NCBI RefSeq assembly: GCF_000621645.1
Contig: NZ_JHXR01000016.1
Location: 60,001-92,000 of the forward strand
From: Vibrio cholerae ATCC 14035
GTDB lineage: Bacteria > Pseudomonadota > Gammaproteobacteria > Enterobacterales > Vibrionaceae
Direction of reading: 5' to 3'
DNA length: 32,000 nt
Shown: one piece after another, positions 30,455 to 32,000 of the stretch
Position numbering within the stretch: the first letter of the stretch is position 1
Layout: every line of letters begins with the position of its first letter
Position numbers and translations under genes: made by a program
The notes under the pieces: generated by a model
Databases searched by the model: none
Told to the model about the DNA's origin: nothing
What the model saw: the letters and a program-made list of their open reading frames with translations, nothing else

Positions 30455-31276
30455 TTAACCGTATCGCCCCGTAATGTAGTCTTCGGTTTGCTTTTTCAAT
30501 GGTGACGTGAAAATAGAGTCAGTATCTGCGTACTCGATCAACTTTCCCATATGGATAAAGGCGGTGTGATCGCTCACGCGCGCCGCTTGCTGCATGTTGT
30601 GAGTGACGATAACCACGGTATATTTGGTTTTAAGATCGTGGATCAGCTCTTCAATGGTCAAGGTCGAGATAGGATCAAGCGCTGAGGTTGGCTCATCAAG
30701 AAGCAACACTTCAGGTTCAATCGCAATCGCACGGGCAATCACCAAACGTTGTTGCTGCCCGCCCGATAAACCAAATGCATTTTCGTGCAAACGATGTTTG
30801 ACTTCATCCCACAACGCCGCCGCACGCAGAGATTGCTCCGCCGCATCATCTAACGCACGGCTATTTTTAATCCCCTGCAAACGCAGTCCATACACCACGT
30901 TTTCATAAATCGATTTAGGAAAGGGATTAGGGCGCTGGAATACCATCCCGACTCGGCGGCGCAGCGTTGGCACATCCACATCCGGATGATAGATGTTTTT
31001 GCCATGCAATTTCACCTCACCTTCAACACGCGTTCCTTCCACCAGATCGTTCATCCGGTTAATGCAGCGCAAAAGCGTCGATTTACCACAGCCGGAGGGG
31101 CCGATAAACGCCGTAACCTGACCTTTGGGGATACGCATGGAAATATCACTCAAGGCGCGACTTTGCTGGTAATACAGGCTTAAGTGCTCAATCGAAATCG
31201 CCGTCTGCTGATCGGTAAGATTATTCACGTCCAGCGGCGGCACATAATAGCCCAAAGTAGGATTGGCGGAGTACAT
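30455..31276 (-). CDS. pstB: Phosphate ABC transporter ATP-binding protein PstB
   Basis: 273 aa with Walker [13 protein letters not shown] signature LSGGQQQR and Walker [12 protein letters not shown]. Confidence 0.97.
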   Translation of the reverse strand: MYSANPTLGYYVPPLDVNNLTDQQTAISIEHLSLYYQQSRALSDISMRIPKGQVTAFIGPSGCGKSTLLRCINRMNDLVEGTRVEGEVKLHGKNIYHPDVDVPTLRRRVGMVFQRPNPFPKSIYENVVYGLRLQGIKNSRALDDAAEQSLRAAALWDEVKHRLHENAFGLSGGQQQRLVIARAIAIEPEVLLLDEPTSALDPISTLTIEELIHDLKTKYTVVIVTHNMQQAARVSDHTAFIHMGKLIEYADTDSIFTSPLKKQTEDYITGRYG

Positions 31277-31278
31277 AA

Positions 31279-32000
31279 CTAGTCTTGCCCCAAGGTTCGG
31301 TATTTTTCGCGTAAGTTATTACGAATGCTGATCGCAGTTAAGTTGAGCGCCACAATCACAGTGACCAATAAAAATGAAGTGGCATACACCAGTGGCCGTG
31401 CCGCTTCAATATTGTTGGTTTGAAAACCGATATCGTAAATGTGGAAACCTAAATGCATAAATTTGCGTTCAAGATGGATGAAGGGAAATTCCCCATCCAC
31501 AGGCAAACTGGAAGCCAGTTTCACCGCACCGACCAGCATCAGCGGAGCCACTTCACCGGCTGCGCGGGCGATCGCCAAAATCAATCCGGTGATGATCGCA
31601 GGGCTTGCCATCGGTAGCACAATACGCCAAATGGTTTCAAACTGGGTAGCGCCTAGTGCTAATGATCCATGGCGCACCGAAATCGGAATACGCGAGAGCC
31701 CTTCTTCCGTCGCCACAATCACCACAGGCAGCGTCAACACGGCTAATGTCAGAGCAGACCACAGCAACCCAGGCGTCCCGAAGGTCGGAGTGGGCAAACG
31801 CTCAGCATAAAAAAGGTTATCAACCGAAGCGCCTATGGTGTAAACAAAAAAGCCGAGGCCAAACACCCCATATACGATGGAAGGTACCCCCGCTAAGTTG
31901 ATCACCGCGACTCGAATCATCCGAGTAAATGCGCCCTCTTGCGCGTATTCATGCAGATAGATAGCTGCTATCACGCCTAAAGGCATGACGATGATCGACA
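31279..32000 (-). CDS. pstA: Phosphate ABC transporter permease PstA (3' part; gene continues past window end)
   Basis: The frame is open to the window edge. It encodes a multi-TM permease with an EAA-type loop ([15 protein letters not shown]). The stop is 2 nt before the pstB start. Confidence 0.93.
   Translation of the reverse strand, partial: SIIVMPLGVIAAIYLHEYAQEGAFTRMIRVAVINLAGVPSIVYGVFGLGFFVYTIGASVDNLFYAERLPTPTFGTPGLLWSALTLAVLTLPVVIVATEEGLSRIPISVRHGSLALGATQFETIWRIVLPMASPAIITGLILAIARAAGEVAPLMLVGAVKLASSLPVDGEFPFIHLERKFMHLGFHIYDIGFQTNNIEAARPLVYATSFLLVTVIVALNLTAISIRNNLREKYRTLGQD

Overview
This window is a densely packed housekeeping segment of a Vibrio chromosome. Gene order and protein sequences look like Vibrio cholerae chromosome 1, roughly the pst to bamB region. 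That assignment is from memory, not a search. I call 33 protein-coding genes (31 complete, 2 cut by the window edges), all apparently intact. Minus strand: bamB' (5' end), yfgM, hisS, ispG, rodZ, rlmN, ndk, pepB, iscX, fdx, hscA, hscB, iscA, iscU, iscS, iscR, trmJ. Plus strand: suhB. Minus strand: secF, secD, yajC, tgt, queA. Plus strand: a CBS-pair protein. Minus strand: aceA, aceB, oxyR. Plus strand: prxA (ahpC-type), cutC, ppk2. Minus strand: phoU, pstB, pstA' (3' part). Several ORF-track entries carry false N-terminal extensions, and I moved those starts (rodZ, rlmN, pepB, fdx, iscR, suhB, the CBS gene, aceB, prxA). I saw no rRNA, tRNA, CRISPR array, transposase, integrase, phage gene or defence-type gene. 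Non-coding structure that I can support: two full-length and one shortened ERIC/IRU-type repeats plus a 14-nt repeat-terminus fragment; two tandem type-1 IscR boxes in front of iscR; a candidate OxyR site between oxyR and prxA; and about ten rho-independent terminators. I find no support for a novel multi-gene system here. The least explained stretch is the roughly 518-bp AT-rich, palindrome-dense region upstream of aceB, and it gets only moderate interest. Everything else is ordinary core genome with small regulatory or repeat curiosities.
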